Origin: the human T2T-CHM13v2.0 reference genome, Homo sapiens
Strand: one strand, 5' to 3'
Assembly (NCBI RefSeq): GCF_009914755.1
Contig: NC_060925.1
Length of the DNA: 64,000 nt
Both the position numbers and the translations under genes were made by a program. Below are positions 12,376 through 26,729 of the stretch, piece after piece. Within the stretch, counting starts at the first letter, position 1. Each line of letters begins with the position of its first letter. A model generated the notes under the pieces. It made no database searches and was not told where the DNA came from. It worked only from the letters and a program-made list of their open reading frames with translations.

Positions 12376-13849
12376 GAATTGTCTTTTTCAAGTATTACAT
12401 TTAAATTTTGTAGCTTTATAATAATAATTGAATACTATTAATTTTAGAGGATCCTATAGCAACACATAAAAGGTCAAGATGAAGGGGCAAGGAAGAGATC
12501 AGCTCCTTGCTGCCCTCATCATTTTTTGAGTTGTCCCAAGTAGGAGTGTTGCTTCATAAAAGAAGCTCTGATATCAAACTATGGAACATTCCCCTGTATA
12601 TGGAATACCTAAAAATCATTATTTCTTTTCGGGAGATAAAGGGCTCTAAGTTCAAATGGGCTATTGATTTTGTTTAAAGGAGGGAAAACAATCTGCTCCA
12701 GGGAAACCTTACTTGACCAATTCTATATATAAACTACCATTATAAATCTATTTTTAGTTGTATCATTCGAAACTGTACATCAAAAAAATTAGAAAAATTG
12801 GAATGAGAGAAAAAAAAGATTTGACAGGATGTACAGATGAGCAGCATATGCCTTTAGCACTAAGGCAAGTGTCCTTGCATATTCCAGCATAGTCTGCTCA
12901 GGTTAGTAGTCCAAGCATCATTGAAATACAGCCCTGACAGGTATTGCAAAGTCCTCATCACACTGAGCCAAGCAAGGACAGAGCTCAAAAAAAATTTTTT
13001 AGATAACCAATATGCAACTCCATTAAAATTGTATTTTATTTACCTAAACAAGATTTTCTGACACTTCTGAAAAACTAGAAGTGAAGCTCACGTTGACGAA
13101 AAGAAGAACTGAGAGTATGTGGCTGTTAGAAAATCTGTAGCAAGGTTATCAAAGTTCAAGGTATGCTCTTAGTACCTTAAATCTTACCAATGTGTCTAAG
13201 AGTAAGTTTTGCATGTGCAAAAATGCAAAGCTAAAAGTAGGTAATTACAATACCCCGTAAATATTAGGAAATTATATTTTCTGATATCATCATATGAATG
13301 AACACGAGATTGAATTTTGGAATCCCACAAAAGGAAATGCTGTAGCACTGCTCTTTAAAATTCTATAGGGCACACATGCACACAATTAGAAAGCAACTTA
13401 TTTTTATTGACAACAATACATTATAAAAATTTATATGCACCAACTAGCAAAGCATATAGGGTGAATCTGTAATATAACTCTACAAATAAGAAATACATTT
13501 TAAATTATTAAAAACGACTAATAATCACTCTTCTTCTTCTGAGTTTCTCAATTAGCTTAAGCAACTGAAATAATTGTTCAAATTATGCATCCATGAAACT
13601 GCAAGAGCCCAAATAAAAAGCCATGGTTTTGCCCTGGGCTCAAGCTCTTTTGGAATGCTCTGCAAATACAATTTCCAGAGACTTACATACAACAAAATGG
13701 GAGAAAACTCTAACTCACTTATAATAAGGAAAAGTCAGGGTCAGTAGTATTCAAAAACTAAGAACATATTATTGTCTGGAATTAAGTTTTCACCTTTTAT
13801 ATATTTCCTTTTTAAAATTATTAAAAAAAAATTTTCGGGTGTTTTCTTG

Positions 13850-14110
13850 CCTTCATAATTCAGCTCAAATATCACTCTATGAAATTTCTCCCTAATCTCT
13901 GAGGCAGAAAAAGTCACAGACGTATCAGTTCTTATATGTCAGATTCTTTAACGTACTTACTTTGGTATATTTAACAACGTATCTTACTCACTACACCCTG
14001 AGCCCTCCAAAAGCAAGGGATATGCATTCTTCAGCTTTGTCCCTGTGTAGAGTACCCAAAGTAGTTCCTAGTGCAGAACAGATGCCAAAGAAATGATTGT
14101 TGAACAATTA
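13850..14110 (+). mobile_element. L2 3' end
   Basis: 'ttcagctcaaatatcac...ctgagccctccaaaagcaaggga...aaatgattgttgaac'. Confidence 0.55.
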
Positions 14111-14216
14111 GGTGTATAAATAAATGTGTAACCATAAAAGCATTTTAACTCAAAGAACCTTTACTATTTTAGCTACCAATAACTTAACTGTTTAAGTACA
14201 TTAGATAATAAATCAC

Positions 14217-14503
14217 GGCCAGGTGCGGTGGCTCACGCCTGTAATCCCAGCACTTTGGGAGGCTGAGACGGGAGGATCACGAGGTCAGGAGATGGAGACC
14301 ATCCTGGCTAACACGGTGAAACCCCGTCTCTAATAAAAATACAAAAAATGAGCCGGGCGTGGTGGCAGGCACCTCCTCGGGAGACTGAGGTGGGAGAATG
14401 GCGTGAACCTAGGAGGTGGAGCTTGCAGTGAGCCGAGACCACACCACTGCACTCCAGCCTGGGTGACAGAGCGAGATTCCGTCTCGAAAAAATAAATAAA
14501 TAA

Positions 14504-14537
<34 letters not shown>
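14217..14537 (+). mobile_element. AluY with (AAAT)n(AGAT)n tail
   Basis: 'gagaccatcctggctaacacggtgaaacccc'. ~14-bp deletion in the right arm. TSD agataataaatcac at 14203-14216 and 14538-14551. Confidence 0.95.

Positions 14538-14542
<5 letters not shown>
14504..14542. repeat. (GATA)n tetranucleotide STR, ~9-10 units
   Basis: Seen directly. Confidence 0.95.
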
Positions 14543-14545
<3 letters not shown>

Positions 14546-14822
14546 AATCACAAAGGGGTGACTTTCATTTATATAAACTAGGGCGGAGAGAGATGAAGGT
14601 AAATACTTAAAAGTCACCTGGAAAACAAAGTCACTGCTATGTGCTTTTTGAGGTAAATCTAACTATAGGAAAATTATAACCTAACTGGAATATAAACTAT
14701 CGACTTCATCCTTTGCTAGTTATGTGTGAATATTCTTAAACTGAAAACTTTTATTTATTTTGGACACCAATAAAACTGTATAATAGTAAAAAATAAAAAT
14801 AACAGTCTCTCCAAAAGTGAAG

Positions 14823-14851
14823 ACACACAGACACACACACACACACACACC
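14823..14851. repeat. (CA)n microsatellite
   Basis: Seen directly; one interruption. Confidence 0.9.
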
Positions 14852-17800
14852 GGCGCATGCACACAATGTTTGCCAAAGCAAAACAAAGCAATATAACTTT
14901 GTAATGAAGAGTTTAATAGTGAAGTCAGCATGAGCTTAAAGGATAGAATGTAATGAACAGTTGATAAAAGTTTGATAAAGATTCAAAGCTTATGTTGATT
15001 ATGAGAATGAAGGCTTAGCATTTCCATTATTGAACATTTTTCTGCAGCTTTTTTCAGCAGATATTAAGCTTGTAAAGAGCAAAAGCTTTCAAGAATCAAG
15101 TCTTTAAGAGAAGCAATAATAGCATTTGGAAAATTTATTAAAATACAAAAGGATGAAAAGTCTTTAAAGAACTAATCTATGTGGCAATCTTGCATTCCTT
15201 TGTACAACTAAATTGAATCCAAAGTATTAAACTGAAACCGTGGAACTGTAATTACACAACTAACTAGCCACCTGCAGTTTAGATAGTGTCAAGTGAATTG
15301 GGTCAGGTTGGAATAAAGTCAAATACTTAAATGAGGAATAAAACACTTCCTTAGCCCTGTTATTGGGCTGTTAGTGTGACTATGAACTGACTGACACTTT
15401 GAATAGCAAAATCTTCAGGGTTTCACACATTTGCCCTTATGTTATCATTTAAAAGTATGTAAAAACATACAAGATGAAAGTGCTTAATTTGACCAGAAAT
15501 ACTCAGGGTATGAAGGTCAAACGGACAATTCCTTCTGCTTTTTTCTTGTATATGTAAAGTAAGAACTAAAAATCAAACTTTCCAAGTATTTTCCCATAAG
15601 ATATAATAACAAATACGAACACTTGTATCATAACATAATTTCTAAAAGTCTTTCTCATATACTGTCTTATTTGCTCCACAGCTGCTGAGAAAGCTTAGGC
15701 TCTGAGAACCTGACTTTTTCAAGATTCTTTAGCTCACAAATGGTGGAATCAGGACATAAATTCAAATATTCTGATTTCAAATTCCAAAATTCCAAGGCTC
15801 TTAAAGAACGTTGCTACTAATTACGAGCCTATTATATTATAAGTATATAAGTTCCACCAAAATTCAGCAATATTTTCTAGAAATTAGAATTATGAACCAT
15901 TGTATATTGTGTTAGAAGTGAGAAATAAGAAATAGCAAGAAATATGTTTTTATAGCAGGAGCCTAATAAGCATTTCAGGTGTCTCCTCCTTAGTAGATAT
16001 AACAGAAACTTTATAATAGTAAAAGTATAGGTTGAAATAGTATAGGTTGAAGATAAATAATTGTTTAATATGGGAAACTCAAAGTAAAAAAATAAAGAGG
16101 GCATTAATAAATAACAACTTAGCACTCAATACTTCTGGAAATTCAGAAGTCACTGCCTGGAACTACCTATTTTGACCTATTGTCTTGAGTAGACATTACT
16201 TCCAGATACACAGACTTACACTGACAGCCATAGTAAAAATGTACAGTTTTGCTCATGCTTCTATATATGTAAATTGTACCTTTTCAATATGTGTCAGTTT
16301 CTGGGCAGACAAAATATAGTCCCCCGATCGAATCGAATAATGTAATTCAAATGTAGTTTTTTTTTTCTTTGCTGACAGCATGAGGCCCTGTAGCACAGTG
16401 GCTTGCAACAATAGCCGAACACAGAGATTACAAGACATCTCTTGGACTCAGCTGGACTTCCTAGTGTGTAATGCAAAAGACCAAGTAGAAGTTTATTTAC
16501 AGTTTAACTCTGATATGAAAGAGAAGTTTCATTTGGTGTCAACTAGTGTGTATGATACTAGAAATGAGTTTATCACAAGTGGCTTGAGAAATTTCTGTAT
16601 TCATGATTTGGGATTGTAGCTTACTACTCCTTGATATGTAAAGGATTTTTTTGGTCAATGAACAGAACTCACCCACACTTACAGAAGCTTTTTTATACTT
16701 TGTGGGAGTTCATGTTTTTAGAAAATATTCATCCAATCTTGCTGCTGCAGCTGAATTAGACTCTATCCTGGGAACAACAAACCTTAGTTTTGCTGTTGCT
16801 CTAGGTTTTTTTTTTTTTTTTTGACTTAAAAATGTATTTTTAATGTACTGCAACATATTTAAGATCTAGTACAATATGTATTTCAGACATATGAATGAAT
16901 TTTACACACAATGAGATTAAATAGCTTTGAGATAATCTCAGTTAATGCATCCTAATAGAGGTAGAGCAAAAGGTCATTTGATTTCAATTGTGTAAATAGT
17001 TGAACATAAAGGAGAGAAGGATACACCAAGAACACGAGAGCCTACCAGAGACAACAGTTATGTTTCTTGGTTATAAATATTTTTAACTTGTTGAAAAACT
17101 AGTTTAACAAATAGGTACAATAGATATTGTCTCAGATTGTCCTAAAATCTGACAATTACTTTGAATAATAAGCAAATGCAAAACACTTTCACAGAAGACA
17201 ATGCAAATGCATTTATCTGGAAAAGCACTTGATCTTCTCTAGGAGCTACCGGATTTATTACAGAGAATATTATACGATAGAACAAAAAACACTAGTGTGT
17301 GCTTTATTGGTGAACGGCTAGAGAGATGAACCTGACAAAGAGATCCACATAATGAAAGAAAGAGTGTAGAGAAAAAGTACAAAGAGGCAGGACCTGTGGG
17401 TAGGCAAGCATAAGAGGGAAAATTTGGCAAGGTGTGTAAAGCAGTTTTAGGATGTAAAAATTGATGAGTAAAGAAAGGGACGTCAAAGTTTTAATAGACA
17501 TGTAATTTAAAATGGAGATAGGTTTGTTTATCTGTATCTATCAATCATCTACCTATATTTTATAGCTATTAGGCTCTTTTTCATTCACATGCCTTTTGGA
17601 TCTTCCTGATATGTTAAGGTTAAATATATCTATAAAAAATTGGGGGCTTCCATATTTTGATGTCAAAGAGATCCGTAATTAACAAAGATAACGTAATGTA
17701 TGACTCTCAATTTTCTCGTTTCTAATTTAATAATTATAACATTATCAGTAATGATAGTATCTGTATCTATCAATCTATATATCTATATTATTAAATCTAT

Positions 17801-18119
17801 ATCTAAATGTAAATCTAGACATGGGCATAGATATGTCATTTATTAAGAACAGTACTAGACAATTTACATTTTAACTTTGTAATAAAAACCCAACAAGGCA
17901 GGAAATACTACTATTTATTATTAAACAGATGAGGAAAAAGATTTCCAGTAGCTATCCCACTTAGTCTACATCGCAGAACAGATTCCCAGATCTTCACCAG
18001 TTGATTATGTTTTCTAAGAAAATCTTTTTTAAAAATAAAACTGAGAGGAATATTGTAAAGTTACATGAGGTAATAAATGAAGATTTTGTGAAAGAAGATC
18101 ATTAAGTAAAATTGAGGGA

Positions 18120-18365
18120 CAAATATATGTTGAGAGCACATATTTTATAGCCTAGGCTGCCTGCATGCTTACTCTACCAACTATATGACATAAGGAAAAT
18201 CATTTAACCTCCCAATCTCTCAGCTACCTCATCTATAAAATAGCATATTGACAGAAGCTACCTCTTGGGCTTGTTTTGAGAAGTAAGTGAATTTAAAAAT
18301 AAATTATAAAGCATATGGAATAGTGCCAAGCATAAAGTAAGCCTTATGTAATTATCTACTGTTAT
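18120..18365 (+). mobile_element. MIR SINE
   Basis: 'atcatttaacctcccaatctctcagctacctcatctataaaatag...aaagcatatggaatagtgcc'. Confidence 0.65.
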
Positions 18366-18484
18366 TTTAGATAGCCCATTGGTTGTTTTTATTTTTTATT
18401 TTACAGTCTGGTGCTAAAAGTTTTTTAAAAAGCAAATAAATGTTTGCTGTTCCTCAGTGAGCATAAATAAAATTTGAATATTGT

Positions 18485-18746
18485 TTGGGAGTCCGAGGTG
18501 GGCAGATCACCTGAGGTCAGGAGTTCGAGATCAACCTGGCCAACATGGTGAAACCCCGTCTCTACTAAAAATACAAAAATCAGCCAGGCATGGTGGCCCA
18601 TGCCTGTATTCCTAGCTACTAGGGAGGCTGAGGCACAAGAATCGCCTGAACCCAGGAGGTGGAGGTTGCAGTGAGCCGAATCCCGCTACTGCACTCCAAC
18701 CTGGGTGATAGAGCGAGACTTCATCTCAAATTAAAAAAAAAAAAAA
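18485..18746 (+). mobile_element. AluSx-type, 5'-truncated
   Basis: 'gatcacctgaggtcaggagttcgaga'. Poly-A tail. TSD aattt/aatt-gaatattgt on both sides. Confidence 0.93.
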
Positions 18747-18784
18747 AATTGAATATTGTCCCAGTTCTCTGGTTTCTATCTAAT

Positions 18785-19705
18785 TGACCTTCGCAAGACT
18801 CACCAAGCGGGTGCCCCATTTACTGAGCCCGCAGCTCTCAACTCCTCGCAGAAGGGAGTGTGTGAACAAAGCGGAAACTGGAGTACAGGAGCGCTGAAGT
18901 CAGCTGGCCGCTCTGGTGCCTGCAGGAATGAACTCCATTCACTTGGACCGCTGTGTTCCACCCCTCACGGGAGGGGTGCACAGGTGAGCAAGTGCAGGAG
19001 CTGGGGCAAGCGCCCCGGCAGGAGCCAACTCCGTGCCAGCCCTGCAGCAGCATGTGGCGGAGGTGCCCGCGACCCCTGAAGCCCTAGAGCGAGTGTTCTT
19101 TTAGCTCTGCTGTCCGTGGACGGCTTAAGTGTTCAATAGCTCAGTGGACCCTTTGCCTTTTCGCATGAGATGGCTGCCTTCTGCCTGTGAGGGCAAAGAG
19201 TCAGTGTGACAGCCTTTTTCATCCGCACTCCTGGTACCTGAGCTCTTGTCCAGCTTTTGGGAGAAATGAAGTCACCCGAACGAATTGAAAGATGGTAAAT
19301 GTGGAAGATTTTATTGCTGATGGAGGTGGCTCTCAGTGGGAAGGGGAACTGAAGAGGAGACGGGAGGGAAGGTAATTTTCCCTTGAAATCTGAACGTCTC
19401 TGGCCAAATTCTTCTCCTAAGTTACACTGTCCAGCTGTCCCTCTGAAGTCAAGCCGCTTCTCTCCAATGTCCAACTGTAGTCGCTGACGTCCAGATGCTT
19501 CTCCTCTCTCTGCCAGCTGAGTTTGGGTTTTTTTTAATTGGCACAGGATGGCTCCAGGCAGGGCCACAGGTGGTTTTGGAAAAGGCAACACTTGAGAACA
19601 CAAAGTGAGTTCTCACTTTGGGCGGTGGTTTCAGGCTTCAGGGTGGAGTTTTGTCAGGAACCCACCCTTTTCTGCCTAGAATTTCTCTGTCTCCTGTCCC
19701 TATCA
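18785..19705 (-). mobile_element. ERV1 solo LTR of the LTR1/LTR27/LTR28 (HUERS-P-related) group
   Basis: The reverse strand starts TGATAGGGACAGGAGACAGAGAAATTCTAGGCAGAAAAGGGTGGG. GC-rich body with AATAAA ('ttttatt' ~19310). The 3' terminus and TSD are not clear. Confidence 0.75.
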
Positions 19706-21206
19706 GAAGCAGTTATATCTCCGTGTGGTGAAGTTTATTTTAAAAAGAAAAACAAACTGATATCTTCTGGTTGCTATGTGACTAGTGTCTCCTTTGCTGC
19801 CACAGGTCTTGTCAAGGACAGGCCACATGAGGACATGCTCCAGTTCTATCTTAAAACACTTCTGCCTTCCCTGTTTGTGACCACCCTATACGAGATTGCT
19901 GTAAAACGGCTCTTGACCAGACTGACATCTTCCTGTATTTCATAAAAATTTCCAATCCTAGTCTTATGTTGTACATTTCATTGCTCTACTAATCTGGCTA
20001 TGGATTCCTTTGAATACCTGGATGGCACAAGGAATCTGGTAATCTGGTTCTCCAGATGACAATGATGTTAAAATTACATTAAAATCAAATGTTAAGGCTG
20101 GTGCCATATTCATAACATCTATATGTTAGGTTTTCTACACGTGTGCTGGCTACATAGTAAAACTCAGTAGTAGTTTTCCCTTCTGTACTTCTGAAAAAGC
20201 CTTGGAGTATATTATGGTCTCTCTATTCTGGCCTAAACAGTAAATATTATTTATATTATTTTCAATATCTTTTAGCCACCTTCAATATGTTTTCAAGTTT
20301 GTAACTCAGCAAATGTTTTTTATATGCTTCTTGGGCAGGTACTTTCTCAGAACTTGAATGACTTACTCCTTGAAATTTCATTATGCACTTGGCCTGTTGT
20401 ATTGGAATAGCCTTCCAGCTGGTCAGAAACACATTGGGATACCAATTTTATTTTTTGTTTTCTTCATATTGCTTTATGCTCTACTTCTCTAGCTGTTTCT
20501 AGTTCTTTTTGTTAGATCTTCATTGAGTCAGCAAAACTGTTTAGCAGTTACTATATGGTAGATAGTGTGGTAGGTACCAAAACTTAAAGTTAAAAAAATA
20601 ATTTTTATATCCCTGCCATCAAAAAGTTTACAAGCCAGTGGGATGGGAGAAGGGATGAAATACAAAACAAAAAGCAATTAAAAAAAAATAACGTAATGCG
20701 TTTTTTTCAGACAATTTGGTGTTGTACATGTGTCAACATTTTATTACAATCTTGCTGCAGGGAAGAAGACTTGTAGCTAGTCACTCGAAAGATTAGATTT
20801 CCTTTTCTTTGAGACATACTATAAGAAAAGTGAATGGTTAGCTAATTATTGTACTTCATAAGAGAAAAAACAGCTAGTTAAGAATTATTAAACAATGCCT
20901 TCAAGACTGGTTCAAGATAGTTAGGTTCCTCTCAAGGTTAACAGTCCACTGAATAGGTGAGTAGCTGAGCTCTCAGAAGGGTCTTATTTCCATTAAAGTG
21001 TATTTATTGGATAATTTTTTCCCAAAAATATTTGATAAATTATAACATGAACAAAGTATCTGTCTTTGGCCAAGGTTGGGTCAATTTTTCCCGTCTTACG
21101 TGAGTTTGTAAAAGTAGAACTGAAGGTCTGAATAAGAGATTACTAATCAACGATGATTGGGGAAGAATGAGGGTTAGAAAATCTCAGACAAACATTATTG
21201 CTGAGA

Positions 21207-23174
21207 TAGAGATGACACAAACAAATGGAAAAACATTCCATACTCATGGATGTGAAGAATCAATATTGTTAAAAATGGTCATACTGCCCAAAGCAATTTA
21301 CAGATTCAGTGCTATTCCTATCAAACTACCAGTGATATTTTTCACAGAACTAGATAAAAACATTCTAAAAATCATTTGGGATCAAAAGAGCCTGAATAGC
21401 TAAAGCAATCCCAAGCAAAAAGAGCAAAGCTGGAGGCATCACACTACCCAACTTCAAACTATACTAAAAGACTACAGTAACTAAAACAGCATGGTACTGG
21501 TGTGAAAACAGACACATAGATCAATGGAACAGGTTAGGGAACTCAGAAGGAAAGCTGCACACCTACCACCATCAAATCTTCAACAAGGCCAACAATAAAA
21601 AGCAATGGGAAAAGGAATCCCTATACATGGTACTGGGATAACTGGCTAGCCATAAGCAGAAGATTGAAACTAGAAACCTACCTTTTACCTTATACAAAAA
21701 TCAACTCAAAATGGGTTAAAGATTTAAGTGTAAAACTTAAAACTATAAAATCCCTAAAAAAAAAACTAGGAAATACCATTCTGGATATTGGCCATGGCAA
21801 AGACTTCATGATGAAGATGCCAAATACAAGTGCAATGAAAACAAAAATTGACAAATGGGACCTAATTAAAGTAAGGAGCTTGTGGACAGCAATAGAAACT
21901 ATCAATAGAGTAAATGGAAAACCTACAGAATAGAATAAAATACTTGCAAACTCTGTATCCTACAAAGGTCCAATAGCCAGAATCTAGAGGAAACTTAATC
22001 AAATTTACAAGGAAAAAAGCAACCCCATTAGTAAGTGAGCAAAGGACATGAACAGATACTTCTTAAAAGAAGACATATGGGTGACCAACAAGGATATGAA
22101 CAAATGATCAATATCACTAACCATTAGGGAAATGCAAATCAAAACCACAATGAGATACCATCTCACACCAGCTGGAATGGCTACTATTAAAAAGTCAAAA
22201 AATAGCAGACACTGGCAAGGTTGTGGAGCAAAGGAAATCCTTATACACTGCTAGTGGGAATGTAAATCAATTTACCCACTGTGGAACTCAGTCTGGATGT
22301 TTCTCAAAGAACTTAAAACAGAACTACCATTTGACCCAGCAATCCCATTACTGGGTATATGTCCAAAGGAATATAAATCATTCTACCATGAAGACACATC
22401 CATGTGTATGTTCATTACAGCACGAGTCACAATGGCAAAGACATGGAATCCACCTAGATGTTCATAAATGGTGGACTAGATAAAGAAAATATGGGACGAG
22501 TATACCATGGAATACTACATAGCCATAAAAAAGAATGGGACCAGGCTGGGTGTGATGGCTCACGCCTGTAATCCCAGCACTTTGGGAGGCTGAGGCAGGT
22601 GGATTATGAGGTCAAGAGATTGAGACCATCCTGGCCAACATGGTGAAACCCTGTCTCTACTGAAAGTACAAAATTAGCTGGGCATGGTGGTGCATGCCTG
22701 TAGTCCCAGCTACTTGGGAAGCTGAGGCAGGAGAATCGCTTGGAGGTTGCAGTAAGCCAAGAATGCGCCACTGCACTCCAGTCTGATGACAGAGTGAGAC
22801 TCTGTCTCAAAAAACAAAAACAAACAAAAAAAAAATGAGAACATACCTTTTGCAGTAATGTGGATGGAGCTGTGGGCCATTATCTATTATCCTCAGTGAA
22901 TTAACACAGGAACAAAAAAACAAATAACACATGTTCTCCCCGGGAGCTATTAAGTACACATACACTCAAAAAATGACCAATAGACACTGGGGCCTACATG
23001 AGGGTGAAGGGTGGGAGGAGAGTGAGTATTAAAAAACTATCTATTAGATATTATGCTGATTACCTGGAAGACAAAATATCTCCATACCAAAGCCCACAAT
23101 GTGCAATTTACCCATGTGACGAATCTGCACATGTGCTCCTTGAACTTAAAATAAAAATTGGAAAGAAAAAAAAA
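21207..23174 (+). mobile_element. 5'-truncated older L1PA (PA13-16-like), ORF2 3' part plus 3'UTR, interrupted by an Alu
   Basis: ORF2 peptides ([20 protein letters not shown]; [10 protein letters not shown]), old-type 3'UTR and aataaaa plus A-tail. Degenerate TSD tattgctgaga / tattgctaaga. Confidence 0.9.
22544..22830 (+). mobile_element. AluSc-like nested in L1
   Basis: 'gaggtcaagagattgagaccatcctggccaac'. Deletion in the right arm. A-rich tail. Confidence 0.9.
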
Positions 23175-23944
23175 GTATTGCTAAGAAGAAAGGATTTATC
23201 CATAGTGGAAAAGGAGTATCTGTCATAATTTGGACCATTGATAAACTGAAATAAATGAATGGGTTCAGTAGTTTACTGTTCAAATCTATCTAAAAGTTCT
23301 GGCCTAACTGAGTTCTATGGGAAAAAGATGCTGAGATTTAAAAACTTGTCCTATAGAAATCCACCTTCGATGTGGGGCACCACAAAGATTGAGCCAACTA
23401 AGACACAGATGAGCTCTTCCCCACTTTCAGCACAATTAAGCGCATGCACACCTCTGTAAGAGTGTATACAAAGAAGAGGTGTTAAAAAACACACAGTATT
23501 TTTTTAACTCTAAAGTGAGTAATGTGTACACAAGATTTTTTGTTTTGTTTTGATTTTAGGGCTGTGACAATTGAGATGGTGGGTCACTTTCTTAAAAATG
23601 AAAAGTACATAGTTGAGTCAAGTGATCATATGAATGGTCCAGAGCCAGGAAGGGGCATTTTCCAACATGGAGTTAAGTGTGACTTAAAGGAGGGGTGGAA
23701 ATCAAGAAAGAATTGGAGAGCTATGATGAAAATGATTGGTGAATTCCACTTTCTGCCTAAAAATATTTTGAAAGCAGAAATCCATATATGTTTTTAGTCA
23801 CAATCATATAAACTTTAAAAACTGTCTTAACCTGTGTAACTCCTTGATGTGTATTATTTTTATAATTACCTGCTGAGTTCCTTGTATTGATTAGCAGTAA
23901 AAGCTTTGACAACCCTGATTAACTAGAGATAATAATATTGAAAG

Positions 23945-24160
23945 TTAAAGCATTATTGATTACATGACTTTCAGGCAGTATCTAATTTAATTTTGAAAAC
24001 TACCTTATTAGATACATATTATTACTATTTCTGGAAAAAATTCATGACATTAAGGAAAGCTAGGTAACTAGCTCAAAGTCACAGAGAGTGGTTGGCCTTA
24101 ATGCAAATAGAAGCCTTTCTTTTTTTAATTCCAAAATCTAAGCTGTCAGTGCTATGCCTT
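23945..24160 (-). mobile_element. MIR SINE
   Basis: 'aggtaactagctcaaagtcacagagagtgg'. Confidence 0.5.
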
Positions 24161-26729
24161 CTGTGCAAACCTTAAGTCTTGAGTTCGAATCCTCCCTCTA
24201 CCACTCTTGCAAATATGAATAAATTATTTGGCTTCTCTGAGGTACATTTTCTTCCAAGTAATGCACCCAATTTGAGGCCTCATCTATTCAAAACACCCAT
24301 ATCTGTCCTGGACCTCCAGAACTAGTTTCTTTTTTTCCTAAAATGTTCGTCTTTGGAAGAAGAAAGGCAAAGGGGAACACTCTAGAGAAACACCACTTTC
24401 TTTACATTGAAGCCAGGTTTAAGGGTGAAACTCTCAAAGGACACAAAGTTTGTTGACTCGTTAGGAAAAGACAAAGTCAGAGGAGGCTAGAAAAGTGGCT
24501 CTTAGACTAAACATCAGAATAGCAGTGGGGTCCCTCTAAATGTGTATGACCTCATGATTCTGCCCTCAGTCTTCTTTTGCTTTGAGCTGTTTCTTGGAGC
24601 AATCGACAACACCTTGTAAGCCTGTTGAGAGGGCTATTGTGAAGATGGCAGTGCAGACCAGGAGGACGTAAGTATGATTCTAATATTGTCTTTTGGTAAT
24701 CAGACTAGGAACTCCCTATAAAAAGCAGAATTATAGCCCCAGAAGTGTTTCCATGGTAATGATGTTAAAGGGATGACATAAAAGCAAAGCCCAGCATACC
24801 ATCAAGAAGAAAAAGTGAAAAGATACAAATCCAGACACTATAGTTAGCTTTCTTTCTTTTTACAGTGAGTATGAATGTGGTAGGTGCTCATTAAATATTT
24901 ATTAAATTGAATTGAAAATAATATTGTGACTGCCATTGTTTTTTCAGTAATCTGTGTGAGATAATTGAATCAATGACAGAAAGCATAAGGAAGGTATTTT
25001 GCATATAGTAAGATCCTGTATAAATGGAAGTGGCTTTAAAAAACGTAATTAAACCAGGCTTTTTCGAGTACTAAGCAAGCATGTACTAAGTACTGAAGAT
25101 GCAAATACTAATAAATTCTTAGTTCTAGAATAAATAAATATTATGAAAAAGGAAGTGTCAGAAAAAAAGTTGTCTTGGAAATGGGTAAACGATTGCCAAA
25201 AAAAAAAATCAACTTGCAAATGGCAAATGAGTTTCCTGTGAGTCCTTTCAGTGGAACACTGAACATTGTCTACCAAACTCTCTGGGGTTATCTGTTACTA
25301 TAAGCTTGTGCACCTTTGATTGTCTTTATTGACTAGGCTATTTTACAACTCTATAGGGACGGAAGCTGCGTGGTAGCAAACTGATAACAATGAAAATCTT
25401 TCTTGTCCATAGAAATGCAAATGAATTTTGTCCAGTAGAGAATTAAAATCTCTGTAAGACATTTTCATTTGAATCAGTTTTAACATTTTTCTTGTTTCCT
25501 CACTAATTAATGAGCTAAATAAAATCTCTGATAGATATTCATTTTATATTTGATGAGAGTCATGATTTTACCATCTTGAAAATTATCTTTTCACAGAAGG
25601 GAATTACTAAGTGCCTCTTAGGTGCCTGGTATTAAACTTGCCAATGTCTTTTATGCTACCTCATTGAATATTCAAGGCAATTCCACAAGGTGGGAAGACT
25701 TTCTTGTAGAGTCCTTGTGTACTGATAAGAGCTCTGAGTTTCAGGAGGAAAAGGTAGGTTAACAAATATTTATGAAACAACATGAGAAGTTCTCTACAAA
25801 GATTTAAGGGGGATCCTAAATAGCCATGATTGGTAGAAGTGAACTGAAATTATTGGCTTATTAAACATATGAAATGCTTGAATATATATTTTAATATTAG
25901 CATACAGTGTTTTATTATAATCTACATTTAAAACAATTTTATTATGTTATACTTATGTTTGAGAATTAAATTCAGTTTTTTATAAACCGGTAATGTACAT
26001 TTCAGAAACTTAAAAATGAAATTTGTAACATGCTACTATGCTGATTTTACTCTGAACCTCTTTATTGATATATGAGTTATTTTTTCTTTCTGAGGTAAAT
26101 AAATTACATTTTATAAAGTATACTGCCTTTTTTTTCACTTAGACGATTAAAAAGCAAAACAAGAAGTAGAAAAACAAGAAGAGAACATTTACCTATTTGT
26201 TTGAAAGCCAGAAAATACTAAAAAAAAAATAGTGAATTGACTAGGAAATCAAAGTGAAGGAAATACTAGTATTACGTGAAGAATTAAGAAAATGGGATAT
26301 CTTAGAATTTTGATGCATTTTTTGCAAAAGAATAATGAATCCTATTCTTTCCCTAGAGGAGGTATTCATAAACCATTGCCTTACCTGTTTTTACACATTT
26401 TTTTGACTCCCTGACCCCACTCTCAGATTCTTTGCTTATCATGGCCATAACTGTAAGCAAACAACTTTTTCCCCTCCATGATTTAGAAATGGACATTCAG
26501 CTACAGCAAGAAGAACAAGCACAATAGGGACAGCAAGCAGTATGAGCTTTATTCACATCTCATTCTGGAGAACTAAGATTAGTGGAAGGTAGGGTCAAAA
26601 ATGTCCAACCCTGTATAATCCCAGATTTGGTGTTTCTTCATGATGTAGCCAAGATCAAATAAACCTAGTTTCTCCTACAAGTGGCCTTTAGAGTCTCCAT
26701 TATTATTGAGATGAAATAATGGTGTCCTG

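Noticed and set aside
18785-19150. GC/CpG-richer patch as a CpG-island promoter
   Set aside because: Explained by the LTR1/27/28-type LTR, which is intrinsically GC-rich.
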